Shown here: positions 26,730-39,519 of the stretch, in pieces
Numbering within the stretch: position 1 is the first letter of the stretch
Layout: every line of letters starts with the position of its first letter
From: Octopus vulgaris
Taxonomy: Eukaryota
Direction: 5' to 3'
Assembly (NCBI GenBank): GCA_951406725.2
Contig: OX597816.1
Location: 99,882,001-99,946,000, forward strand
DNA length: 64,000 bases
Translations under genes and position numbers: made by a program
The notes under the pieces: model-generated
Databases searched by the model: none
The model's input: the letters and a program-made list of their open reading frames with translations, nothing else
Told to the model about the DNA's origin: nothing

Positions 26730-27901
26730 AGAGGAAATGGACAACATGAGAGCGTTCAGACAATATGAAAGATAATATCGTTACCTTTAAACTCAGAGAA
26801 TCCTCTTATAACTTGTTGGGAAGATATTCTTTTTGGAGAACCTCATTTAATTTGCTCCCTCCTCTTAACTGCTATCAGTAAGGTTCCTCTTGATTATGTT
26901 CTTCAGCAGGCATCTTTCTGCCTTCTTAAATAATTTCTCTTGAGCCAGTTCATGCATAAAAAAAAAAGAAAAAAGAATAGAATCTATGTACACACAAAAA
27001 TTATCTTTAACACAAAAAAACTCACCAACAAAAATGAAAGGAGAAGTTTACCTATTTTCAGAAGCTATCATACTTTGTGATTTGCCATGATGTCTGACAC
27101 CACCAGTTCAAACAATTAAACTGAATCAGATATATAAATTGTTGCTTCTGTTTGAGATCTTAATACTCCCAACTCAACCTCTTCATTCCACAACAATACT
27201 CTCCAAGTAGCAGCAAAAGTGAGATTATTTCATTAAGGCATGTGATACCTATTGTCCCAATGGATAAATGTCATCATTCAAAGAAGAACTCTCAGCCATC
27301 AGCTAAAGTAAGATTAAATGTACAAAACATGATTGATTTTTTTGGAGTAGATGACAGTTTATTATATGTATCACCAGAAAATTATTTTAAATAACAGTCA
27401 ACTTACTTACGTAGTTAGTTAATTTAAACCTGCAATTACTCAGAGAAAGAAATCAAAATTTTAAAAGAAGAATGCATTAAGCTTCAGGTTGTAGCAGGAA
27501 TACTTAACAACTACAAAACATAGAAATTGAACCTGGATCACTATATCTGATGCAAAAAAACAACTCAAGGATATGATCTCAATTTTCTAATTACCAACAT
27601 TATCAATAAATTTGACCTTTCAAAACTTTGTGTGGAACCAAATCCAACAACTTCATCTTTGGCACACTTTTTCTGACCAAGACTATTACTATATATTCAG
27701 TGCATTTTAGCCACTACAGTCAAACAAGAGTCAGCAGCTCAGTTACAGCACATGGCAGCTAACAGATAGTAGCAGAACCAGTAGCAGACCAGAGCACAGT
27801 CACAACACCAAAACAAAGAATAGTGGCAGCAGCAACACACCATGACCATCTAACATCATGAAACTCATTGAAAAAATATTTAGTTTATCAAAATTATGTC
27901 T

Positions 27902-28082
27902 CTTACCAACCCGGCTGAAACCGGCTCTGGCTCTGAGTACAAATATCTTGTTATCGTAAGTTTTGAATTAAAATCTTCTAGCTGAATGATAACTAAGTTA
28001 TTTTACTAAATTCTTTGTTATATATAAAGTAATTGAAAGAACACAGAGCGTCTCAAAATAAATACAGTAATGAAAGGGTTAA
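27902..28082. mobile_element. piggyBac-type MITE, one end truncated
   Basis: Right end gtaatgaaagggTTAA; left end retains only ttacc of the expected TTAAccctttcgttacc. Confidence 0.5.
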
Positions 28083-29506
28083 AGTAAGTTTGCACTTTTC
28101 CAGTATCCTCTACTTGATGTTTTAATGTGCAACACTCTCATTCAATATCCATACATGTCTTGCTATGCTTATGACATTATAACTCTCTTCAATATTAAAT
28201 ATGGACTAAAAATTGTTGAGCTTGGTCCTGAACTTTCCATCAGACCCATATATTTCTGTATATTTATTACTTCATTGGGATCCTTTGAAATTATCTCTAC
28301 CTCATACCCAATGATTTCTGTGTTACAATAGCTATTTAGTAGACATGTGGAATTATCTCTACATGGGCAGCTAACCTCTGTTCTGGGTTTAGACTTAACT
28401 TACCAACTTTTTTAAGCTAGGTGCACAGTTAAATGAGACTCTTAAATTATGTCTACTACATATTTTTTTCTGTAGCATGCATTTGGGAGAAATGCTTATT
28501 ATGTAAACTAAGGAAGATTCTGCCTACACAAGTTTGCACATTAAGGGAAAATGTGAGTGCAAGCCATATAATCTCATGGTGGTATTTTCTCTTGGTCACA
28601 TTAAGGTCGGGCACATAACTAATCCTATCATACTAGATGCATATCCTTGTCAACAGCCCTCACCAGAAATAAAGATAGGGTTGACGACAGGAAGTACATT
28701 TGACCCCCCAAAAATCCAACCTTGAATAACCCCCTATAAAACCCATGCTAGCATAGAAAAATGGTTGTTGCACTAGGGAGTCTATGCTCCATCACTACTC
28801 AGAATTTTGCTCTTCTTCTATCATCTGTTTTAAAAATTAAACATCAGGCTTTGATATGTTTCAAAACTTACAAAGGTTTTAAGTCAATAATGATTAGGCT
28901 AATGGAATGATAAAACAATCTGCAGCATCTGTGGCTGAGATGATACTTAACAATACAGTATTGTAAAATTACTGCTTTTTGGTACAGCTGCTACTGACCT
29001 TTACATTGTTAGTAATTATTGAAGAAATGTAGGTGTATTATTTTTAGAAAGCTTCTAACTCTGTTGTATGTTATGGTTCACTATATATAAATATACAATT
29101 GATTTTAATATGTTTTTTACTGGTTTTTATCAGAGGTACGTGGTCATTCTGGGACAGTGCCTTCAAGGGTTTTAGTTAACCACATTGTTATTGGCACTAT
29201 TACTTCTTTCAGACTGCTATTCAATACAGTATATCAACTCTATTTTTTGGATTGTTCAGTTGCATTTTGTTATAAAGGACTGAAGCATAATACATCAGTG
29301 TGTGACTGTTCATGTGCATACATGTGTGTATACTCTTACATATACAGATACACACATACACACACATATATAATGGCCTTCCACACAGTTTCTGTTTACT
29401 AAATTCCACTCTCATAATACTGATCAATCCAAGACCACAATAAAAATTATTTGCCCAATGCAGCATCTGGGAGCATTGAACAAGGAACTACATGACAGTA
29501 TATGTG

Positions 29507-29550
<44 letters not shown>

Positions 29551-30736
29551 AACATCAATAGCAATGCCTATTTTCCTAATCATTTCTTTCCCTCTGATAT
29601 ATATATGGATGGATGGATCAATGGATCGATCGATCGATCAATCACAAAGCTCATTTTGACTAGCATGCTGAATAGCTGAATAAGCTATCGAGTGAATTTA
29701 TAAATTTGACTCTAGTTTCAGTGTTGAGTCTCCTCATCAGTAACTGTTCTGTTGTTATTCTTAAATTTGCTTTAAAATAACATTAGATTAACATTTATTT
29801 ATCTATATATTTATTTATTTATCTACATATTTATCCATTTCCAATTTATATTGAAAAAGGTTATAAACATTGTTTAGAAAAAGCAAAAGGCAGTAATTTA
29901 AAAAGTTCTTTCTCTTGGATTTGACTCAACCATGTCACTATTGCCATTAGCGATGTGATGAATTAATGGCTGGCCCTCTGCAAATCCACATATATGTATG
30001 TGTGTGTGTCTACATAAAATGTTTATACATATACATACACAGAGAGTATGTGCGTGTGTGCAGCCTAGAGGTAAGTAAAGATACGTGTGATGCTTTAAAT
30101 TAATGAAAAGTTAGAGAGAGAGAGAGAAATAAATAGACATGAATATTAACAGAGAAAACATGCTTGAAGAGATGGAAAATGTGAAAGAAAAGGAGTGAAA
30201 AACAAGAGGCAAATTACCTGAGAATTTTAACCTCTATAATGATGGTTTGTTTGCTAAAAAACCATAGTTCTTAATTTTTGTGATCTTATGAACGAATTTC
30301 CCTGACCTTCAAAGTACTTTCTGAATTTTATTTTAGATTGAATTTCACACTGATGATCAGTAGTGCATTTAATCATTAACTCAGGGTCACTAGAATACAA
30401 GTTTTAAGTGGCAGGGAAGAATTAGTGGGAAAATCACTATTCATTAACCTCCACATTAAAATTTTGCAGGAAAGTTTGTCTGATTGTGTTGAGGTAGAGC
30501 AGTGTGCTGGTTTGAATAAGTAATGCTTGCATCACTGAGTTATAGTTGAAACTTGTTTCAGTTGATTAATTCTCCATCTGAATGTATTTAAGTTAATAAC
30601 ATATTCTTTCACTAAAAGTCTTTAGTCAGAGAAGTACTGAAATATATTGGAGGGCCAAGAAATAAAGGAGATACTATCAGCAGTATAGGGGCAATAATGT
30701 GTGTGTGTGTGTGTGTATGTGGGTGTGTGTGTGTGT

Positions 30737-30777
<41 letters not shown>

Positions 30778-31675
30778 TGTGTATATATATATATCTGCTT
30801 GTACTTTTTCTTTACATACATATGTTTACTAATACACTATTTCTTGTTTGTCTTTAACATATGTTAAGAACATTATTGAAGAACACTTCTAATTCCCTTG
30901 TGATGTTCTCTAGTATATGTGCCACCATGACATCAGCTTCGAATACTTCCTTTTCTAAGTTACCTTATACTATTTGCATATCCATCAGCCACTCACAAGG
31001 AGTATGAGTTTAATAAGTTATTTTCCACTATTTTGGTCAGGGTAATTTATAGTCCAAAACTATTGCATTAGCATCTATATCATTTTACATTGCTATCCGC
31101 AATTGTTATCATATATATAGCAACAGTATTGATCTGGATTCTAAATATATGTAAAGACTTATTCCTTTCTTAGTATCCCATTATGGCATGCTTTCAATTT
31201 GAATTATCAATGACTTATGACACTCCCTGGAAATCAGCAGAAGAAAGGGATTTTCAGTTGTAAAATAACTTTAAGAGAAGAATCTGTAATGTCTTTTGAC
31301 TTTGGTCAATCATCCATTGTCATTTGAATCAGTTCAAGCCATTCTCTGACATACATCATACTTTGTAGATGATACAATAACAGACAATGGTTCTGTTATC
31401 AGAAGGGTTTGATACAACAGTCAAAGCATATCAGAGGGACTAGAGATAATTATGAAAATTCTTATGAAAGAGGATTGAAAAGTATGACTTATATTTACCC
31501 ATTTTAACTATTCAGATACTTCATCTTTTTCCAATAGACTATGGTTTCTTTCATATTTATCTGCATCAATTACACATTATTACCTCATCTATTGTTGTCA
31601 CAACTGAATTTGTGTATTTATTTTGTTGCTTTCATAAGCAAACATCTGTTACACTTTTGTCTTTATCTTTCCCAG

Positions 31676-31715
31676 GAGAGTAGCATGCCTGTGTTATGCT
31701 CATTATAGCTGAACC
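31676..31715 (+). promoter_or_regulatory. 5' UTR part of the sif start exon, with splice acceptor and two upstream ATGs
   Basis: Polypyrimidine tract and acceptor ttttgtctttatctttcccag| ending at 31675; upstream ATGs at 31685 and 31696. Confidence 0.7.
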
Positions 31716-31807
31716 ATGGGAAACAAGTTTTGTGGCCCTCTACTTAAGAAGAACTATAGACATGAAAGCTATCCGTGGAATATTAGAAAAGATTCCCATC
31801 TTTTAAG
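31716..31807 (+). CDS. sif: First coding exon of a Still life type-1 / Tiam-family Rac guanine-nucleotide exchange factor orthologue (N-terminus MGNKFCGPLLKKNYRHESYPWNIRKDSHLL, then a phase-2 intron)
   Basis: Strong start context gaaccATGG at 31716 and donor AG|gtaaga at 31807/31808. The translation resembles the recalled Drosophila SIF type-1 N-terminus (MGNKLSCSCAPLMRKAYRYEDSPW...RRDGHLL-R-LWAEVF). Gly2 suggests myristoylation. Homology is from memory, not a search. Confidence 0.85.
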
Positions 31808-32177
31808 GTAAGATAATATTTTATAACATTATTCTTATTTATTTATTTGTAATACCATACATATATATATTTATGAATGAGATAAATGACAGCTATGTCT
31901 TTTGTTGACAAATCAAAATGAAATTTCAGCATATACAGCTGAGTAAAACAAAATTGCTGCAGAGAACTCAACCAGAACAAACTAATTTATTTATACAGCT
32001 GTACAAACATCAAAGTAATAGACAACTCAGTACATGAGTAGAACAGAATATAACATAAATGTCAACAATGTTTTTAGTTCACAGATCAAGATGTTATTTC
32101 TGTAGATTATTACAATATCAAACAAAGATTATTATCGAATAAAAGAAACGATCATCATCATCATTGTTATTATTATT

Positions 32178-32395
32178 AAAGCAGTGAGCTGGCAGAATCA
32201 TTACCATGATGGACAAAATGCTTAGTAGCATTTCTTATGGCCTTTACATTCTAAGTTCAAATTGCACTGAGGTTGACTTTGCTTCTCATCCTTTCAGGAT
32301 CAATAAAATAAATACCAGTTGAGCACCGGAGTTGATGTGATCAACTACCTCTCACCTCCAAAATTCCAGGCTTTCTGCCTATTGTAAAAAGAATT
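32178..32395 (+). mobile_element. Meta-like SINE
   Basis: gagctggcagaatc head, gttcaaatt B box, catcctttcaggatcaataaaataaataccagttgagcac. Confidence 0.8.
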
Positions 32396-32691
32396 GTCAA
32401 GGCACAAGCTCATGTGTTAAAACGAGAAGGAATGAAAACTATTTAATAGGCTTAGGTGGTAAGATATGTTGCATCAAAGCCACAATTCAGTCTTTGACTG
32501 ATCAGGAAGGGTGTGTACTGCATAGCTCCAAGCAAATGTGTGTGACCTTCCAGCCTTACTTGGCCCTATTCTTCAGAGAAAGTGATAGGCCACAGAGAAT
32601 AATGGACTTCATATATATATAAATAAGTAATTAAGATGTGCAGGTGTCAATTCATTACGGCCATTTCAAGTGGCTTCATTTAAATAATTAG

Positions 32692-32906
32692 TGAGAACAT
32701 TATATCAATTTGAAAGAAACCACCCTCTTCAGATGACCACATGGGCACCAAACATAGAGGATAAACTATTTTTATAAAAAAATTTACATCAATAATGTAA
32801 ACCAAAATATTTATATTGTTTCCTATTGTTATATCTGTAGCAGATATATCCATTGCTCATGGCTTTGAACCCTGACAATGATCTTAGTTCTCCTTAGAGG
32901 ATCTTG

Positions 32907-32969
<63 letters not shown>

Positions 32970-33124
32970 TAGACTCAGCCACAGATATAACAGGAAATAA
33001 TGTAAATATTTTAGTTTAGATTATTGATGTAAATTTGTTTATAAAATTGGTTTATCCTTTATGTTTGATGCCTATGAAGTCATCAGAAGAGGGTGGTTTC
33101 TTTCAAATTGATATAATGTTCTCA
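32692..33124. repeat. Fold-back: two ~150-bp inverted arms around a (TA)n spacer
   Basis: tgagaacattatatcaatttgaaagaaaccaccctcttc... is mirrored by ...gaagagggtggtttctttcaaattgatataatgttctca. Confidence 0.85.
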
Positions 33125-33269
33125 TAGTGTTGAAAGCTTGTGCTAATTCAAAACAGTTGAAGTGTATAGTACAAATAAATTAATATGATATATTAAATAT
33201 ATTATAATATAGGTGGCCCACAAGCAATTAAAATCTAAAGGCAAATTCATAAAAAGTATCAGCATTGCT

Positions 33270-33580
33270 AGAAACTTGCACACCACATCTGATGCTTCTT
33301 AGGTCCAACTTTTCTCTCAAGGTACTTACACTCTGTCAAGTATGCACACTGACATTATACATCCATCGGAGCATACTGGCTTCATTCCCTGCGAGCTTAC
33401 ACATATCCTCAGCAGTCACGGCCCATGTTTCACTGCCATGTAGCATGGCTGTTCGTACACATGCATCATACAGTCTACCTTGTATGCTGAGCGAGAGGCC
33501 CTTTGTCACCAGCGGAGGTAAGAGCTCTCTGAACTTAACCCAGGCTATTCTTATTCTAGCAGCTACACTTTCAGCACACA
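33270..33580 (-). mobile_element. Internal RTE RT fragment
   Basis: ORF 33336-33596: ESVAARIRIAWVKFRELLP...LHGSETWAVTAEDM. Confidence 0.9.
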
Positions 33581-33589
33581 AAAAGGTCA

Positions 33590-34600
33590 TTGTCATTCAC
33601 CTTCTCGATCGTTACATTCTGCCTTAGATCTCTTTTGAGTCTTACTTGCATTATCCTGGCCTCTTCAAATGCTTTTTACTCCACACCTTTCTTCACCATC
33701 CACCTTGATCAGAAGCAAAAGTCACCAGTGGTGTCCCTCAGGGGACTGTCTTGGGCCCTCTTTATAGTCAACATAAACAACCTATCCATTATTATAAAAC
33801 ACTGCAAAGTGAAAATACTTGCTGATGAAAATAAACTCTAGCAAATCATCAATGAAGAAGACAGAACTCAACTCCAGTCTGATCTAAATACAGTGAGTCA
33901 ATGGGCAGACAAACATCAACAATAAGGTTGATATAGCTCATAGGATGAGCTCCTAGATCTTAAGAACCTTCCAGTCCAGAGAACATGGTGTCATCATTCC
34001 ACTTTTCTTCTCCTTTGTATGGCCACACCTCAAATACGACTGCCTCCTGTGGTCTCCCCATACAAAACCAAACATTTCGAAAATTGAATCACCTCAGAGG
34101 GCATTCACTAAACGAATGAAGGGCATTACTAGGACCGCTTTAAAGCCTTGAAATTCTACTCTCTCCAGCATCACTGCAAGCACAGTGTGGAGAATATACC
34201 GCCAGCATTGCCCAAACGATCTGAAAATTAGCTTCAAGGTTCATCCAAGGCTGGGACCACAGGCTATACGTCCTCTGCCCAATTCTGGATCACAACATAT
34301 AGGTACAATGCGACACCATTTCTTTTCTTCAACAGGCCCTGCTCTGTTTAGCATTGTCCCAAAACTGATCAAAGAGGAAGAGAATCTCATCACCTTTAGA
34401 CGGAGTCTGGACAAATTTCTTCAAAGAATACCAGATAAGCCACCTATACCTGGATACAATTTACTCAACAAGAACTCACTACTTGAATGGACCATGATAC
34501 CACAAAATTTGACTTAAAAAGGATTTAGATAATCATATCAGGTGGTGCTATTAAGTTAGACATGGCCTGGACCAGTCTTTGGTCGAAACATATCTAAGTT
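33590..34600 (+). mobile_element. CR1-like LINE 3' portion
   Basis: SGVPQGTVLGPLFIVNINNL...ILADENKL, WSPH, GPALFSIVPK...LDKFLQRIPDKP; short structured 3' UTR. Confidence 0.85.
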
Positions 34601-34739
34601 TATATATATATATATATATATATACATGTGTATATAATATATATATATGTGTGTATGTATATACATGTATAAATATAGGTTAGTGGTACAATATTTAGTG
34701 GAAGTAGCAGTCGATAATATAGGACGCTATAGTAAAGCT

Positions 34740-34784
<45 letters not shown>

Positions 34785-35464
34785 TGGCAAAAATGTTTGC
34801 GGGCAATGAACATAAAAAATTTCACCTTACTTGTAAGAAGAACATCAAATAAATGTATAACTCAGATGTGAATAATCTAGGACCTAAGTTTCAAACTTTC
34901 CAAATTATGTTTAACATAAATTTGATTAGTTCTCTTCAGCTAGATTCACCTAGACATGATAGTATCTATCTATATATCTATCTATGTATCTATCTGTCTA
35001 TCTGTCTATCTGTCTATCTATCTATCCATTTTTGTGTATGTATGTGTGTGCATTGGTATGTATGATATATAAATGTGTGCCTGTGTGTGCACTTGTGCAT
35101 TGATATGTATGAGTATGTGAATGTGTGTGTCTGCGTGTACGTGTGTGTGTGTATGTGTTTGTTTGTACGTGTGTGTGCGTGTGTGTGTACATGAGACTGT
35201 ATATGACTTTCTCAATAGAATATCAGACTGTCAGCTAAAGATCAATGGTTTGGTTAGTATCTTTCCACTCACAGTGTGTTTTGTCATTCTCAAGATTTTG
35301 ACCTCTCAATTGGCCTGTTTTATTCTAAAAGTAAATAGGTACCATGGAGTAAGAGCAACTTAAGTTTGTCAGCAGCCGCAGCAGCTTCACTATAAATTTA
35401 AACAATGACTCTTTAGCTTCCAATGTTATGCTCCAGTTAAGTACATTTCTCTACCCCTCTTTCC

Positions 35465-35504
<40 letters not shown>

Positions 35505-35512
<8 letters not shown>

Positions 35513-35680
35513 GGAAAGTTTACGAAAATAAACAAGATGAAGGCAGGTGGAGTACAAACAAACAAATGTATTAGTATAGTGCTCAGGAATAGAAATAGTA
35601 AAAGTCTTTTACATTTCAAGCCTACGCTCTTTGACAGAAAAAAACAAGGAGAGAAACAAGGAGAGAAAAAAAAAAAAATA
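35505..35680 (-). repeat. Dispersed ~180-bp non-coding repeat (copies at 49040-49237 + and 59880-60030 +)
   Basis: Shared ttctgt.gaagagcgtaggctcgaaacgtaaaagac...ctattcctgagc...taatacat.tgtttgt; usually beside (TA)n tracts. Confidence 0.8.
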
Positions 35681-37443
35681 TATATATATATGTATGCATG
35701 CATATATGTATGTATGTTTGTGTGTTTATGCGTGTACATAGGTAGGTATGTATGTATGCATGCATGCATGAATGTATGTATGTGTGTGCATGTATGTACG
35801 TGTGTATACACAGATGCATGCACACATACAAATGTGTGTGTGAATTGGCAACATTGCAGTATACCTGGCTTTAATATCACCAGAGCACCCTATTGTAAAC
35901 CCACCAAAGAAACCTTCTATGATAAGCTAACTAAACCTACTAGCTGTTAAGCCAAAACATCTGTCTGTCTATAAAGTGATAAGTTCTATGAAAATAATTG
36001 TGGAAAGCTGGATATCTGACTGATATGGCTTTGGTTCATGACATGACAATGAGGTAGTTGAAGTAATAGGAATCCTCTATAATTGAATAGATTATGGAGC
36101 TCACCTGTATGTAATATGCACATGTGCACACACACATATATATGTGCCTGTGTGTGTATGTGTGTGTGTGTGTGTGTGTGTGTACATGCACATGCATGTG
36201 TGTATGCATGCTTCTCTTTGTGAAACAGAGAAATTGAGACATGAATATATCACCTGTACTCTTTCATGCATTGGATATGAGATATATGCAAAGGACAACT
36301 TGTGTTATTTATATTCACAACATACTTCCCTCTCTAGGAATTACAAACAAAAATGACCTTGGTTGTTTTCCAACACCTTCATAATTGCCCTTCATAAATA
36401 TATAAACACCATAAAAGTCTACAAAACTTCAACTACAGTTCCTCCACCCATTTCCATCACATCACATACTCTAATGTACTTTAATACTTGAATGATTTCT
36501 TTCCAAATTTTCCATTTTCATCTTGCATTTCTCCACCTTTCTGTCTTCCTTCTTTTCAATTCTTACATTTATTTCTTCCTTCAATTTTTTCTTAATCAAT
36601 CAATTATATGCATTATTAGATATTTACAGAAGCTTGAATTTTTTCTAGTAATTTATTCAGCCTGCCTCTCCCCTTTACTTCATCATTTCACTTTATCTTT
36701 CCTTTATTGCTTCTTTGGTTATTTGTGGTTCTCTTGTTATATATATTCACCATTCTTCATATCTTGCACAGGTTTGCCTTTTAAAATTCGTTATAAGTTC
36801 ATTTACATATACATTTTTCTAAACCACAATTTAGCTTATTTTCCTCCTTGTTTAACGAAGGATATACTTATTTTGCAGCTTGTACATTTTGCACAAATGG
36901 CAAGGCAGTTTATTAAACTCTAATAATTTCTGTAGTAATCTTCTTACCACAGAGAAAAGTGACTCCATTCTTGTACACAAACTGGTTACTTGCATAAATA
37001 AACCGGACTCACATCAAGGCCAAATACATCTGGTTTGAGCAAAAAGAAAATGTGAACCAAACGAAACATGTTAAGTATATTTGTCACAATTTTATTCACT
37101 TCCACGTGAAAATAATCTAATTTCTATTTCTATAGCTACAGAATGACTACATATAACTTCTTATGAAATGAACACTGCCCTCAGCTTATCTGATCTCCAT
37201 AACTACACAAATGTAATTAACTTTTAAGTTTAAATTCAAAATTGAACTGACAACTAACAGACTGAAATGTATAAGCAACTGGAATATTCATACATTGGAT
37301 AAATATGATATAAATTAACTATGCCATTATTTGCTTCTCAAATTTATATTTCCAATTTTGAGATGGTTAAAAAAAATTGTTAGGAAAAATTATCATCATT
37401 CTGTAAGAGAAATGAATAATGAACATTGATGCATAGATGCATA

Positions 37444-37474
<31 letters not shown>

Positions 37475-37770
37475 TTCCCATTCCCTCTCTTCTCCCTTTC
37501 CTTCTACCCCCTCTCACACACAAACACTTGCAAACACACACACACATACACATGAATACAATTTGTTGCTAAATGAACTTGTTTGTACTGCTATTGATAA
37601 AACTTTTTTAAACTGGTTTAAAATGTGAACAATAAAAATTGTCAAGGATCCCAGGGAAAATAATGACATATATACTCTTCATAGGTAAACATGTGAGGTA
37701 CGATGGAATACACCTATTGTTAAATGTTCTATTTTCAATTTTCTAAGTGATCCATGATGAAACTTGGCCC

Positions 37771-38161
37771 AATATTGTTTAACTTCTTTTCTTTTTTTAA
37801 ATTTGGCACAAGGCCTGAAATTTAGGCGGGGCCAATCAATTAGATCAACTCCAGTACGCAACTGGTACTTAATTTATCAACCTGAAAGGATGACTGGCAA
37901 AGTCAACCTTGGTGGAATTTGAACTCAGGATGTAAAGACAGACGAAATACTGCTAAGCATTTCACGCAGCGGGTTTAGTGGTATTTCGTCTGTCTGTACA
38001 GTCTGAGTTCAAATTCCGCCAAGGTCGACTTTGCCATTCATCTTTTTGGGGTCAATAAATTAAGTACCAGTTGCGTACTAGGGTTGATCTAATCAACTGC
38101 CCCCCTCCCCCAAAATTTCGGCCCTTGTGCCTAGAGTAGAAAAGAATATTGTTTTAACTTC
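37771..38161. mobile_element. Head-to-head inverted dimer of Meta-like SINEs
   Basis: 37805-37957 is the reverse complement of 37974-38131; flanked by direct repeats aatattgttt(t)aacttc. Confidence 0.85.
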
Positions 38162-38549
38162 AGGGATTGAAGAAAATCAATGCTTTCAATATGATATTCA
38201 CATCTGATGCACACACACATGCACATATGCATGCATGCATGCACACATACACACATAGACACACACACACACATAGACACACATACACACATAGACACAC
38301 ATACACACATACACAATCATATATAAACTCAAGAAAAAGATGCATGTATACCGCATCATAGTTATTTTTAGCAATGTATTTTTCACCAAAATTCTCAAAA
38401 AATATTCAGAAATCATCAATTATTTGAGACTTTAGCACAAATATATAGAGTATGAAAATAAATGGAAGCAACTGACTTGTGATATGCAGCATAAGCGAAG
38501 TATGCATGATCTTGCTTCATCACTAGTCATCCTCTACAGAACATTTGAC

Positions 38550-38830
38550 ATAAATGTTGGGCATAAGAGGAATTAGATGCAGTGTGCAAGAGAGGAGACT
38601 GTACTACTTTGGTCGTGTAATGCAGACGGATGAAAGCAGTTGCATAATTGATCGCTTAAAATGGAGGGAAGCTGTGGAAGAGGAACTTGACTGGAAAGTA
38701 TCTGAGATCCCCCTTGAATGCAATCTGAATGTTGAGGAGTACTATGTGGAGGTACTCGCTCCAGCATTGAATGTCAGAGTAGGCACAAAACAGGGCTTTC
38801 AACTGGCAATGGAAGCACTCCACTATTCCA
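38550..38830 (+). mobile_element. Juxtaposed RTE fragments
   Basis: LGIRGIRCSVQERRLYYFGRVM (C-terminal region), followed by NVRVGTKQG..AMEAL (RT core). Confidence 0.6.
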
Positions 38831-39009
38831 TAAGATCTACTCATAAGATGTCGGTCTACTCATAAGATTTTGGTCTTCTTTGGGCCATAGTAGAAGACAT
38901 TTACCTATGGTGTCACACAGTAGAACCAAACTTGAAACTGTGAGGTTGGGAATTTAACATCTTAACCACACTGACATAGCTATACACATATACATACATT
39001 TATACATAC

Positions 39010-39320
39010 ACTAGCAGTATTGCCCGACGTTGCTCGGGTTTGTAAGGGAAATAACTATATAAGCATTTTTAGAGAGTTACTTTCCTTATATAACCCAAGC
39101 AAAAATCATTAAAAATGAGGAAAAATGATGGTAATTTTTTTTTTAAATCGTAGACTCATTGTAGACATGCGCTAATACCCAGAAGGGCTCGATATGAATG
39201 ACGACTATAAGATACCCACTTTTGGTTAAACTGCACCGCTAAATGTGGGAGTAGTTAGGAATCTAAATCGGAGGAGACAGAGTCTCACACACACAACTTC
39301 AATTTTATATATAAAGATAT
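39010..39320 (+). mobile_element. Helentron-associated non-autonomous element (HINE/DINE-like); second partial copy at 48720-48905
   Basis: Starts actagcagtattgcccgacgttgctcggg (hairpin), ends cacacacaacttcaattttatatataaagat. The second copy shares gcccggcgttgctcgg...agcatttttagagagtta. Confidence 0.65.
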
Positions 39321-39519
39321 GTATGTATTACAAAATTTGAGAAAAATGTTTTAAAACAGTCACAATATTTCAATATGTAGCAAATATTTTTGGAAAATAA
39401 GACATAAAAAATATCTTTAAAAAAGCATATTAACACAAACCCGATGCAAGAGAGTTTTTGTGTAAAATTCTATTCCACTAGATCACTGTTAAACACTGTG
39501 TATATGTGTCTGGCTGTCT

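Larger units (their letters stand above)
24140..27100 (+). mobile_element. Decayed Ty3/Gypsy LTR-retrotransposon pol (RT remnant, RNase H, integrase); LTRs not identified
   Basis: RNase H-like PLTIET..TVLAVTLSQ*G..TLSKSE..KKE..ECLCK*QHYLLG..MFDKSHKCKIK; integrase-like CNDCGICSEPKP, LLVTADENSYYPF, LFGITKTIHSDRRAHFM, RGNGQHE, WEDIL; order RT-RH-IN. Confidence 0.8.
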
